Shown here piece by piece: positions 42,967 to 56,369 of a DNA stretch of 64,000 nt. The stretch covers positions 50,098,001-50,162,000 of the forward strand of contig OZ076413.1 of the NCBI GenBank assembly GCA_964187785.1, given 5' to 3'. The stretch's first letter is position 1, and each line of letters opens with the position of its first letter. The position numbers and the translations under genes were made by a program. This DNA comes from Amphiscolops sp. MND2022 (taxonomy: Eukaryota). The notes beneath the pieces are model-generated. The model made no database searches. It was given only the letters and a program-made list of their open reading frames with translations, and was not told the origin of the DNA.

Positions 42967-45900
42967 ATGCAACCGAATAGAAGTCGGCGGGGATTGCATC
43001 AGCTACCGAATATGTTCGGCTAACCGAGTTGGCTGACGCAACTCTTTGTATTTGTCAGGGGAATTAATCCTCTCAAGTGGGGGACTTTGTTCCCACTTGA
43101 GAATTCTTTTGTTTAAAATTGAGAATTTGGCCGTACAAGTGGCGCCTATTATTCTCTTTTCAGAGATGTTTACTGGCACAAGTGGCGTCGCATATTGTCT
43201 TTTCAGGGGAGATAAAAGATAATTGTTTGTACAAGTGGCAAGCGTTTTCTTTTGTAGAGGGAAATTCTCCCTTTCATATGACGCGCAGCTGTAATTTTGT
43301 TTATCTCTAAAATTCTTTCAAGCGTGCCTGGAGAATTGAAAGAATTTGAGTATGAGTTCACAAAAATTGAATAAAAAGAATTCTAGCTCCGATTGAATAA
43401 TTTTCTAAATCTGTTTTTTCAAATATTAAAATGAAGAAAAAGTTGTGTTAAACACAACACGAGAGCAGACAAAGCATAGCTTGAGAGCTCATAGAGACTG
43501 TGAAAACCTCTAGAAAGACGCTTTTTTAGGAGCTAACACCCAGTGTTTATTGATTTTTGGCATTGTGCTACCTTCAGTGACGAAGACCGGAAAAATGTCT
43601 TTTCGCTTAGTGTTTTCGCTTAAAAATCTAGTTTGGTACTTACAGCCCCAGCGTGTAGCTGTGTGGTCTGCAAGTTTATTTTGTGGTTTAACGTATTTTC
43701 ACTGTTATTAGCCGTATTTTTCAGCTGCAGAGCTAGTTTTTGCGATTTTAGACGTTATACACATATCACCCAGGAAATGGAAATTTACCTTATTCTTGGC
43801 ATTGTTTTTATGTGCCAGTTAAACTGTGGTCTTTAGAGAGTCAGGAAGATGCCCGTTACTATTAGCTTTCAAAGACTAGAACCAATTGGACAGTATTCGG
43901 CGAAGCACACATGAACTCGCTACGAATTTTACACAGGAGGCAAAATGGACCTGTGGCAATAGGAGCCAGTACCGAGCGATGCACCAGTTCCTCCACCTTT
44001 GCTGACACAATAAGCGACCAGTCGTCAAGTTAGGTCAAAAAATTGGAGCTATAATTTTAAACACATGCTGGCTGCATTCAACGTTTGTAATTTTGTTACT
44101 ATGATTTGAAACAAGTTAAAATGTTGAAAGTAACTCAGAAGAAATCTTTTTCTTTAAAGTTTCTTGCAAGCCGATACACCTCTTGTAGGATTCTCGCCAG
44201 ACCATAGCAGAACACGAAATCACTTTTCTAGCAATTAACTAGCAAACTTGGAATTTCATATTCTTTGCCTGAAATTCTCAAAGAGAGCAGTAAAAAATTC
44301 AGATGAAAAAAGAGTTAATATTAGGAAATTTGGGAAAGTTAGCAACAATTTTCAGGTTGAAAGGGATTTCAATTCCGTTGTAAGTTCGATTTTATGTTTT
44401 TGTTGACACTTTTGACATGAAACGTAACACAATTACTATAGTAGCGTTTCGTCGGTTTTTTCAATATGTTTGTTCTCAATTCGTTGGAAGTGACCACAAA
44501 ATTTCTAAGATAGTCCTCAGATTTAAGAAAACGGTTCCTCTTTCATCTTGATTTCTTTCTTCGTTATCACACTTGGAACGTTTCCAGCACTTTGCTACTT
44601 TTTTGAAATTATTAGGAAAAAGTTTTTTTGGAGACCAAAAGGTCCTTTTTTTTATTTTAAGTTACACTGTGAAATCTTAAAATAAACCACTGAAACATTC
44701 TGTCGGCTTTTGTGAATGAGTTGATACGTTTTCCTAGAAGCACTCGAATGACAGTTTGTAATTGAAGCAAATTTCCGAAGCTTGATTTTGGAAGTGCATT
44801 TGGACAAAAAACTTGAAAAATGATAAAAAATCGATTTTTGTTCAGTACTAAGTCTTTCACCACGAAACGGAGAATATGTACGTCGCAAATGGTTTCAAAT
44901 TGGGCGGAGACTCACTAAGGCTTACTTTGCAGTTTTCAAAAGTTTTTTAAAATTTAGTTTGATAGTTTCGTCAAATAAAGTGTCACTTTCCATTTTTGTC
45001 ATTTGTGCTTCATTTGCGTTAAGAAAATTTTTCAATAACGTTTTCGGCTTTGAGTTTCCATGTACAAAGAAACGGAAAATCGTCTTTTTAATACTAGGAA
45101 GCTTAGATGTCTCGCATGTCCTGGAAGGTTTGGTGATGATGTTGAATAGCATCATTCAAGACGATTTTAACACCGTCAAGCTTTAAAGTATCATTGAGAA
45201 TTACTCAAGATGATGACATGATTGGGGGTAATGTATTATGGGTTACTTTAAACAGAAATTTCATATTTGATCGAGTAGATATTTAATAGACGTACAAGTG
45301 TGGACTCGTTTTTGCGAGGACTCGCATCACGGCTTCTATCCTTGCCTATACGCACTTGACTGCCTTGTTTTTCATTAGAAGTGTTCCTCGGCTCTTTGGG
45401 AGCGGAACTATCCTGGGATCATTATAAGCAGGGATCACTGTCAGTTGTTTGGGATAAATTTTTTCTTGTTAATAAGCTCTTTATAGAGCCCTTTGGATCT
45501 GTGCATTATTTACAGTGTCCATGATATCAAATCATTTACGTGTTCTCTTATGATTTTCCTTTTCTTTGGAAGAACTACCTCTGTTTGTTGTCCAGGCTTC
45601 ATCAATGTTTTCAACAAGTCCATCTGACCCATTGACCACACTTTCTAATTCTCTTTCTAACTCATTCAAATTAGAGTTTCAGATGATTTCTGACTGCCTC
45701 GCTCAAGTTTAAATAAAAATAACAAAATCCTAAATATGTAAAAGACACTATTGTTAAAATTTAATCAATTTCTTAGTGCCGAAAATACCCCAAGGAATAC
45801 GAATAAGGCGAAAACCATTTTCCTTAACTGAAAACACACAAAAAAACTATTTTAAAACTTTTTTCGAACGTTTTTGTCGGGAATAACATTTTTGAAAACG

Positions 45901-48900
45901 AAGGGTGGTATTTTTTTGAGGAAAAGTGGCATAGTGTGAACAATACCGTAGGTCATTTCCATAAAAATTGAGTAAATTCTCATCCTTTCCACATAATCAA
46001 AAAACATTCAATGAGGTTACAAAAAGGTTCAGTGAGAAAAGTCGCATTGTGCCGCAACAAAACGGAACTGGCCCTGTACACTTGCAAAACCTTTGTTCCT
46101 GCTAAAAGTCAAAAGGGGGCTAAAAATCAAATCACTTCAATTGAAGAAATCCCCAACCAGAGCCAGATCGTACCTGGGGTCAATCACCAGAGAGGCGGCT
46201 CTTTTAAAACTATTAAGGAAAGCGCTCCAAGACGACACCCATCACTCTGTGGTTGCCAAAAATGGTATTATCCATGTAACAGCAAGCATTCACCGTCAGT
46301 GCCTCCGTCTATGAAGAAGGTGCAACCTATAACATGTGTATTTTCCCGGGACAGGCTCCCATAGCCATAGGCCCATTTTGCCTCTGTGGGTAAAAGTTGT
46401 CCCGTCAGGAGGGGGTAGTCGTCTCTTAAGGAGCCCTCGCCAGCTTTGTCCAGTTTTTTATTGCCAACAATAACGGGTACTTACAACAATGTACAGCAAT
46501 CTACAGCAATCTCGTTCACAACAATAATTTGACAATATGCTATTTCAGCTGGGGCACCACAGGAACAGATTTGTGAATTAGGGGAAAGACTCATCTCTAT
46601 GGTTTTTGATACTTAAGGTAGCATACTGCTGAAATCAGGGTTAGCACCTGTAAAAAAGTCTATTTCCAGAGATTTTTGCAGTCTCTGGCGTCTGTTCTGG
46701 CGGCTGCCCATATGTTTTTGCTAGTTCTTGCTCTTTGTTGTCGCAGTACCTGCCAATTTCGTAGAAACAGCGAAAAGAGCAATCACATGCTCAGCGCCAC
46801 GTCAAACATCGGATTAGAATTTTTCAAAAATTTTCTGGACTTGTCCAAAGTCTAAATTCCAATATTGACTGAATCTGCTGTACCAGACGGTGCCGGTACA
46901 GCGCTCTGGTTGGGTAGTTGTATTTCGACTAGGACGGAATTCGAATAACGCATTCGTCGTATCGAACTCGTTTGCTCGTTTACCAGCAATCTACTTTCAA
47001 TACGTTTTTTTCTATCAGAATGACTCTAGCGCCAATTCGTGCTACAGATGTAATATATCACTGAACTACATTTAAGAACGTATAATTAACATATCAAGTT
47101 ATTTCATCAGGTTTTTTCATTTTGGCTAAGGTCAACGTGACTTGTTCGTCGCACTAGATTATAAAATCTTATTAACAGGAAGCGCTCTAACAAACCTTTG
47201 AAATCCCCGGGATTGGATCTAGGGCTTCCATAACGGCCTGGGACATATTAATGACATGTCGTGTGTAACGTCAAGCTAGTAGCCACGTTCTAGAACTGGG
47301 ACAATGCCCAGATTGCTTCAACAAGAGACCAGTGTCCTCAAACAACCTGGATATCAGTTTTTAGTCCCGAAAGGTCTCAGTAGGGACTTTTCCAAGACGC
47401 CGTGGAGACTCCTTATTTTAGAGCTCCGTGGCGACGTGCCGGCACACTCAAAGTCCGGACACGTCCCACAAGCATGTAAAAACGTATCCTAAGGGTTCCT
47501 GCGATCCTACATGCCTCCAAGGTCCGAAAACAGAGGTTTAGCTGAAATGCATTCTAATTCAGAAGATAAGCTCGAAAATAATCAACATAGGGATCTACCA
47601 GATCCAGTATCACCATAATCCTGAAAAAAAAATTAACAGCACTAAAGCAATCAGTACAATCGCTTTCAGCATGTTTATGTCGGTTCTGGAGTTTTGGACA
47701 TCAACCACGAACAGGTGATATTTGGATATTGGAGCATTCTCCTGCAAGATCTCGCAATTCTGTGATTAGATGACACAAATCTGGGCTCTTCGATAATCTT
47801 CAGGGTTTTTACGTCGTCTTGTCTTCTTCTCCCGTCTGGGGGGGGTCCTTTTTTGTCTATCTTTATTTCTTTTTGATTTCAACGACCTGCCAGGTCGGCC
47901 ATTTTGAATCGCACCTTTTTTGGTTCTTGATCGAAATTTTGGTGCTGACTGGTGGACGTTACAGTGCATCAAAAGTTTTAGTTTTTCAATCTCTAAGTAA
48001 ATTAAAGTTGGTTCTCAGTAGTTTTCAGAAGTTGTGGAATGATGGGAGCCTACTCACATCTGTATGAAACGTATGCAGGATTTTTGCTTGTAATTTCATA
48101 ACCGAAGTTGGCTACACTGGGTATCAGAAATCCTCTATTCGCTCAGCGATTTGATTGAACCTTTTTAAATTTTTGAACTTCTATTATTGGCAGAGAATTA
48201 ACGTTTTCGCGGAAGTTAGAACATTATCATTTTGTATACTCTACTTCTCAGTAGTTTCCAGTTCGTGTATTAAGTGTGAACATTTCACAAAACGACTTTT
48301 TTCAGAGCTCTTTGGTTTGAAGTGAAGTAACTGTTGATTAAAGGACAGAAGGGAAGCTATGATCAAAGCCGAGTTCCTCTCTTTGCTTAACGGGAACTTG
48401 CGGAACGTCCAATACTGCCCTTTGCTATGATATAGGATTTCAAATACTTAGAGGCTTCAAATACTTTCATCATCGCGAGCTCATCATTAAAGTTTCCTTT
48501 ATTTGCTTGATTGCTTCCTCGTAAAATCCCTAAAAAGTCTTTAAAAAGTCTTGGGTGCATCGTGTGTCCAAATAAATCAATGGACCGTTTTGAAAAAATG
48601 GGCAAGCTAAATCAGCTCTAGATCTTTATAGTAACAGATTGTAAATGTACAAGAAATAATTTCCTTTTATTGTCAGATTATTTTTTTTCAAATTCGGAAG
48701 ACAATTGTTCCAGCGCCTAAAATATTGATTCATTCACTCAGTCTTGTCCCTGAGGGGCGTTTTTGGACCCAAGGTTGGTACCTGTCAACGTCTGTGACTA
48801 GACTAAAAGACTAGTTCAGTAATCTAGACAACTTTACAGAGATTGCAGATATTCTAGACGGTATTGTAGAGATATCTGAAAATTAAAACTAGAGTTTAAA

Positions 48901-49962
48901 AAAGAGTATTAAAATATAAGAGTAATACTCTAAAAAGAGTAATTAAAAATTAAAAGAGTATTAATCAGCCGTGTTTAACTGCTTCACACTAGTTTGAGTT
49001 GAAACTGTTAAGTTTCACAAATCGTTAAAACTTCTTGTACATAATTCTTGGTCAAGAATAACTTTTTTGCTTGTTGAAAATTAAAGTCTTAAAAAGTATC
49101 AACATTTTTGAAAATTCAAGATTTTTTTCAATTTCAGAATCATAAGTTGTGAATCTTATGAACAACAGGTCTCTCTGAAAACCCTGTAGGTTGAGTCAGC
49201 ATAAGGTATATATGCATTCAAATTCAGTTGCATGCATTTATTGAAAAATGAATCAAAAACGGGAACTGTCCAAAATAGTCAAACAGAATGTGACTACAAA
49301 ACAAAGTTTATGTTTGAGAAATTTATCAGGTTTTTTTTAAAAGTATCTCATGTATTTCCATGTACTGCTCTATCAATGAATATTTGAAGATTAATTTGCG
49401 AAAACATCATAGTTTATTCCGTCTAAAACCGTTCGTCAAAATTGAAAGTTTTTGTTCACTTGGTCCCTCGGAGTGTTTTAGATTAGATAGGCGGTTTTCC
49501 GTTCAAGGTTTGCGGGATAGCGTCAATTATACTGTCGAGATCACCTGGAAGCTCCAAAGCACTTAACTTTCATCGAATGAATGGAAGGTTTTTAAATTTG
49601 AAACTTTTTTGTGCCATAATGTGAAAAGATAGGGGCAATCTAACCGAACTATTTATTGTCTAAATCATTCCAGTTTTCTTTTGCACCTTTTTCTTTTATC
49701 AATTATTTCGATCGCATTGAAAACTGTGAGCAAAAGGTTTTTTTGTGGTCTACCTCGGTGGAAGGTTTTTCAAAAAACTCATCGTTTACCTTCGGGGAGT
49801 GAGCAAATAAGAAAAGCCTAGTTGAATTGTTCGGTTCTTCATCCTTGGAAACTGTATAAAACTTTCCAGACAATTTAATATTGAAACATTATCAACGAGC
49901 AAAACTTCATAAGAATGGATGGTTTTAGAAAAACTGTTAGATCCATTGCTAAGAGACTCGAC

Positions 49963-50066
49963 TCTAGTTGAAAATGAATGCTTTTCTTCTAAGCATCTTG
50001 CAAGATCCTTGCAGATATTGCAATACTTACAAGAACTTTCAAGGAGGCCCATCATTTTCAACCGGG
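49963..50066. mobile_element. Small MITE of the CTTGCAAGA family
   Basis: Inverted ends GTTGAAAATGA / TCATTTTCAAC. Related elements at about 50245-50425 and 50940-51185. Confidence 0.55.
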
Positions 50067-50547
50067 GAACCCATTTTCAGGCTCTAAACAACTGTTCTAG
50101 CTGATAATACCTGTTCAAGTTGACAAAAGACCTTCTGTCGAGAGCAACGCTTCCAGCTTCGTTACTCTTGACTACGTACTCTTGAGTAGTCCCTCTGCTT
50201 TCTATGAAGGTTTTCCTTTGATCGTATACTTACCTGTCAACTATCCTAGTTGAAACAATTCACAACTTTTGCAAAATTCTTACAAAAACTCTTGTAAGAA
50301 AATGCATTATTTGACACTAACCCTTTCAAGATTCTTGTAAAATCTGCGATTTTCAGCTAAAAATGGTACAAAAAATGCATAAATCTTACAAAACTTTTAC
50401 AAAATTTGTATCGTTCCACTAGAGGAAATACTGAAAAAAGTCGTTCCTCACCTATTAATCAGAAATATTTATGCAAACGATGAATGATTTCATTCCCATA
50501 TTCTCAACCTTAGCCTTTCGCAACAAAAGGATCCTATCTCTCTCAAA

Positions 50548-50775
50548 AAACAGTGATTTTAGACGTTACTCCACAAAAACATTGATTTCAGACGTCCCTC
50601 CGGTGAAATACGGTGTTTTTAGATATTATTTTACCAAAATACAGTGATTTCAGACGTTTTTCCAGAACAATAGTGATTTTAGACAATATTCCCCAGAAAT
50701 GTGATTTTAGACGTTTTTCCACTAAAATACGATGATTTTGGATCGTATTCCAACAAAAATTTAATCCTAGACCAT
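50548..50775. repeat. Degenerate minisatellite (~30-bp unit, core GTGATTTTAGACG)
   Basis: About 7 imperfect copies. Confidence 0.7.
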
Positions 50776-51947
50776 TTCCATCTAAAATTTTTGACAATCT
50801 AACCCAAAATCAACAACTCAAAATCCTACGTACAAGCGGCTTCAGGAAACGCGGTGCTGAAAAGTGTCCTTAATGCTACTCGGGTCATTACGGTTACCGG
50901 GACTTTTAATTCAGGTGTAATTCAAAAAAGACAAAATGCGTCCAGGAAATCTTGAACGAATTTTTGGTCGGAATAACACATCGCATTTTTTGTAAGAATT
51001 TCTTACAAATAGAAGCAAGTGTTGCAAAAATGTTATCAGACTCTTGTAAGAAATGTTCAACATTGTAACAAATTTTCAAAATTTGCGATTCTTGTACAAA
51101 CTTGTGAGATTCTTGTAAGAAATGCATAACTGGTAAGAATTTAGGCGGAATGTTGCCAAATTTGTGATTCTGGAAAACTTGGGTAGTGTTGCCTCTCTTA
51201 TTCCGTACTTCATCGTGACTGAATGGACTGATCGTAGAGTAGTGACTATCGAATTTTTTAAAGTTTTGATTTCTGACATCTTCTGAAATTGACTTTCATA
51301 GAGATTGTGAAAGCTAGTAGTCAGGTGAAGAATGTACGATTGAATGCAAAGTAATATAGAATAATCTGATGAAGTTTTATAAAAGTCTGACATCTTTCTG
51401 AACTGACCAATGTTGGGCCTCATCACTAGCTTAGTGGTGTACACATGACGAAAAATAACATGGTTGGGTCGGAAAAAATAGCAACGGTAAACAAGCAGAC
51501 CTTTGGGCTATTGAGTAAGTCAACTTGGAACCGCAGGTTCAAGCCAACATTTTGTTGAATTTCATTCACTATTTCATACTCGGAAAGAAAACATTTAAGA
51601 CTTCAAGCTCGGACTGAAAACATTTAGTACTTCAAGCTCGGACTGAAAACATTTGGATTGACTTTAGTATCTTCAGTATTCATTCGTTTCTGATTCATTC
51701 TGTGATGTTACTTTCATTCTTATATTGAAAAGCTCTTACGAATCGAAGACATTAAGAACAAGACAGAGAACGATTATCCCCGAAAGCTAAAATTGCCTTA
51801 AAAGAAACCTTTTTCTGAAACAAGGCAAAATAGATTACCATCAAAATTGAAAAATTCTATGTCACGACAAAGCGTCAGCCGGAAAGAGAAAAGACGCGGA
51901 GAAACAACTTTAGTAGTCTGAAAAAAAAGAAAAAAAACTTTGCGGAA

Positions 51948-54900
51948 ATGAAACACTCGGTCAAAGTAGTTAAAAGCAAGCAGCTTGGTCACATGAATGT
52001 GATAGTAAAACTGGTAAAAGAAGTAGAAACACTATTTTCTGACAGAAATGACTTTTCTAAAACGACAATATCTCGTGTGAGAGCGGCAAGGAAAAAGACG
52101 ATGGATTCTAGGGTAGCAATGGAAAAATTAGATGAGGAAATGGATGAGGCCTTAGCGGAAGAAGGAGACATAGATGAAGTGGTAACAGAAAACGTAGAGC
52201 GGTGTCAAGAAGTACTAATGCTTTTGGAAGAGTCATTGTTTAACATTGAGGATTTTGATGAAGAAATTGAGAAAAGAAAGGGTAAGAAAATTCTGGAGGA
52301 ACAACAGGAAGCAGCGGTAAACGTGGTATCGAACACAGGCGATCAGGAGCAGCGGGATGTAGCAGTAGTAGAGCGGGCTAATGTTTCAGCGGAAAACTTC
52401 ATATCGTACAGATTGGGCGGTACGGAGAGAGGTTTCACGGAAGATTTGGTTGACGCAGCGGTAGCGGAGGTTAAAGCAGGCGGATGAAGACTGGTCATTA
52501 GTAGAGATGAGGAGCAACGAGATACAAGTCCTGGCTCGCAAGCAGTCGAGGGCGGAGATGTCATGGCATCCGTTTTGGCACAGTTCGTTTCTTTGGGAAG
52601 TACCGGAAACACTTTCCAAGGACATCACAGCCAACCGAGCGGTCTGGGAACGACACATTTGGATCCATTGGAGCTTCAAAGTGTAGCGCAGTCACGATTG
52701 TGGAGCAACAATGTGTTGTTCAAGGACGACTTCAACTTTGGCGCTGAATTCCGCGGGAATTCAGTTGGGAGTTCATCCAGACCATCAATATCAACAAGCG
52801 GTCAGAGGAATAGAGGAGCTTCAACAATCTCGGAAAATATTCAACGTAACATCACCACGTCGAACACAAAGAAAGTGATGATGGAAGCGGTCGGCGAGCT
52901 GGAGAAGTTGGCGGTCGGAGAGATGGAGATGTTGGAGTTGTTGGCGGTTGGAGCGCTGGAGATGTTGGAGGTGCTGGTGCAGACGGAGACACAACGCAAG
53001 AAAAACGCGGCAAAACAAAAGGCAGCATAGCTGCTGTCATGTTTTCTCACGACGAAGAAGACAGTTTCACAACTTACGCAAAATCTAAAGTGAACTTACC
53101 AAGCAGAAAACAACAATCAGAAAGCGAAAAGATGAAGAAAAAGACGACGACGGCCGCGAAGCAGAAGAAGTAGAAGGAGAAGATGCAGCGGAAGAAGAAG
53201 AAGAAGAAGAAGGAGAAGACGACAACGATGACGACAAAAATGACGAAGAAGAACAGCAAAAGGGAACGAAACAACTGAAAAACAGCTTCAAAACGTTCTC
53301 AAAGCGCGTCAATGTGAAGCTTCCAAAAGTGGAACTCCCAGAATTCGACGGAACAGTCATGGAGTGGATGAGGTTCCGAGACTTTTTCGGAAATTCAGTT
53401 CACCGAAACTCATCATTGTCAAAAATTGACAAGTTCACCTACTTGAAGGCAAGCTTGACAGAGAAAGCAGCAGAAACTATTGCTGTTTTGCCAATCACAA
53501 GTGCAAACTACGACAGTGCATGGGGGCTTTTGGAAAAACAATTCGGGGACAAGCAGAGGTTAATAGCAAATTTTATGAATAAGCTCGTCAAGATTTCCAG
53601 TGTAGCAGAGAGCAGAGATGTGGCGAGGCTAAGGGGATTTTTAGGACAAATTGAGGTCATCATTCGAGGTTTGCAGTCATTGTCAGTTGACGAAAGTACA
53701 TTTGGTTCTCTTCTCATTTCAATCTTGTTGGAGAAGTTACCTGAGGATATCAAATTGCAAGTAACGCGTTTGATTTTATCAGAAATTTGGGATTCGAAGG
53801 AACTCTTGCAGCTTGTCAGCAAAGAGATCGAAGCAAGGGAGAAGTGTGCTTTCTCAACAAACAGGGATAAGGTACGGGATAGACAGGAAACCTATTTTCA
53901 GGTGAATACACTACTTCATCTTCCGTTAGTAAGACACAGGATAAAGGGTGTGTTTTCTGTTCAGGTCAACACAGTAGTCATATATGCTTAGTAGTACAGT
54001 CACCACAGGAAAGAAAGAAGAAACTGATGCAGAACGGACGGTGTTTCAGGTGTTTGTCTTCTGAGCATCTATCGCGGGTTTGTAAGGTAGAACGAGGTTG
54101 TTTTAAGCGCGGGCAGAAGCATCATCAGGCTATTTGTTTCAAGAACATGTCAAAAACAAGAGCAGAGGGGAACATTTCAGGCAAGGGTCGAAACTGGGAG
54201 AACAGTTCTCGTCCGGCGGGGGCCGAGGACAAATTTTGAACACACAAGGTTTCGAAAGGCAGCTGTGGTGAGCAGACATCTGCTCTTTGTTCAAGTTCTG
54301 GTACTTTGGTACTACTTGAAACGGCCGTCACTGGAATTTCTAATGGCAAGGATGATGCATGTCGAGGACGAATACTTCTTGATAAGTGTTCGCAACAAGT
54401 GTTGGTAGGTGTAGGTTAAAGGTCGTAGGTCGCAAGTCATTTGGAGTGAACGCATTCGGTTCTCATGATGATCAGCAGGTTGAGAAGAAAGTATACGAGG
54501 CTTCAATTCAGACTTTGTCTGGAAAAATGGCTGTTCATCTGGTGGGGATGAACACCATCTTTTCTCCGTTGCTGAATCCATGCAACGTCCATGCTGTCAA
54601 GGGGCAGCATCGTTACTTGAGCAACCTTCAATTAGCGGACGACTTCAAAGATGACGTCGTGTGGGCGTTGTCTGTAAATGTTCTGATTGAGTCAGATCTC
54701 TACTACAAGATCGTCACATCGCGAGTCATTGTGGGTTGCTACGGTGATAAACTTAGTGCGGGCAGCAGTAAGTTTTGTTGGGTTTGTCGGGGATTTTGCA
54801 GTGCAAGGATGAGAAGTCGGAAAGTTCGGTGGAAACTCTCTTGAGTTCTGTACACGGTGCAGATACTCTGTATGAAAAAGTCGAATCTTTCTAGAACTAG

Positions 54901-55736
54901 GAAAGCTTGGGAATTAAGACAGAAGAAGACACTATACTCGATGATTTCCAAAAAAAGTTACTTTCAACGGGGAAAGGTACGTAACTAAGCTTCCGTGGAA
55001 CGGGAATGAAGAGTTTTTACAAGATCACAAGAAGCTAGCAACAAGCAGGTTAGAGTCAACTACGAGAAGCATCATTGCTAAGGGTCGGTTGAAGGAATAT
55101 GATGATGTTTTCAGGAAACAAGTGGCGGCTGGTATCCTGGAGGAGGTGCCATAACAGGACAATAACACGAGCAAAAATTGTCATTACACATCTCATCATG
55201 CAGTCATTAGAGAGGACAAGGCAACCACGAAACTCAGGGTGGTGCTGGATGGTGCAGCGAGGTCATCAAAGTTTGACTTTTCATTAAATGACTGTCTTTC
55301 TAAGGGTCCAAACTTATTGGTTTCTTTGTTTGCAATCTTACTAAGGTTTAGGTTGTTTCAGGTCACAGATCTTGCTGATATTGAAAAGGCGTTTCTTCAT
55401 GTTTGTGTGCATCAAGAGGACATTGATGCGTTGAGGATTCTTTGGTACAAAAATCCGTTCGATAACGATAGACAGGTAGCAGTGTTCAGGTATTTGAGGG
55501 TTGTTTTTGGCTGTGTTTGTTGTCCATTTCTTTTAAACGCAACAATCAGGTATCATCTACAAAGGTGTCTAGACAAGGCACAGAGTGAAGAGGATAAAGT
55601 CATGCTGAAGTCATTGATCGACAGCTTTTATGTTGACGATCTGACACTAAGTGTTCCGACAGTGGAAGAAGCGGAGGCGCTGATTTCACTTTTGGAAAAG
55701 GTGATAAGAGAGGCTGGGTTGAGTCTAAAGGAATAA
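51948..55736 (+). pseudogene. Truncated, frameshifted BEL/Pao gag-pol
   Basis: Gag KLPKVELPEFDG..W..F..DKFTYLK; knuckle CFRCLSSEHLSRVC; RT SLNDCLSKGPNL, ADIEKAFL and FYVDD. Breaks off at the repeat block near 55730. Confidence 0.9.
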
Positions 55737-56310
55737 GATCTAAAAAGCTGACATGCTTTAAAGGGAATAAGATCTAAGAAATTAGATCTTATTCCTTTTG
55801 AATCGTATTCTTAAGAAGAGGGAATAAGATCTAAAATTTGGTGATTCTAGATCTTATTCCCTTGAGATCTTTTCCTGTTCTGAAGCTTTAGATCTTATTC
55901 CCTTGAGTCAAAAAGGGGAATAAGACCTAAAATTTCAGAACGGGAAAAAGATCTAAAATCACTGATTGTTCCGTCGTTCTGTGGAAATTTAGATCTTTTT
56001 TCACAGATTTTAGTACTTATTCCAGTTTCTTTAGATCTTGTTTCAATGAAATTAAAACCAACGTCTAAACTTTTTTCAGGGATCATCAGTATGAAATTGA
56101 GAAAAGATTGTTGTTCCGGGGAATTCTAGATCTTATTCCAGATTTTTTTAGTTTTTATTCCAGTGGCTTTAGATCTTGTTCCAGTGAAATGAAATCCTAC
56201 ATACAAAGTGTTTTTCAGGGGTTTTAAGTATGCAGTTGGGAAAATGTGATTTGTACATAAATTAAGTGATTTTTTAGATGGTATTCCGTTTGTGTTAGAT
56301 CCTATTCTAG
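55720..56310. repeat. Cluster of GGAATAAGATCT/AGATCTTATTCC motifs in both orientations
   Basis: More than 10 copies; probably the end of a non-autonomous DNA transposon. Confidence 0.7.
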
Positions 56311-56369
56311 TAATATTTGAAAACTGTTTTAGTGGTTTTCGATGTTATTCCAATGATGGTAAAGATTGT

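Larger units (their letters stand above)
24226..43459 (-). mobile_element. Full-length 19,234-bp env-carrying Ty3/gypsy LTR retroelement (endogenous retrovirus-like)
   Basis: TG..CA LTRs of 2074 bp, TSD CGAG (24222-24225 and 43460-43463), PBS, and intact gag, pol (PR-RT-RH-IN order), env and accessory ORFs. Confidence 0.97.
41386..43459 (-). repeat. 5' LTR
   Basis: Direct repeat of 24226-26299; adjacent to the PBS. Confidence 0.97.

Noticed and set aside
44652..48605. Scattered short ORFs
   Set aside because: No recognisable domain or consistent exon structure; a host exon cannot be excluded.
51187..51472. Possible 5' LTR and PBS of the second BEL/Pao element (..AACA TGGTTGGGTCGG)
   Set aside because: No second LTR or TSD in the window to confirm it.
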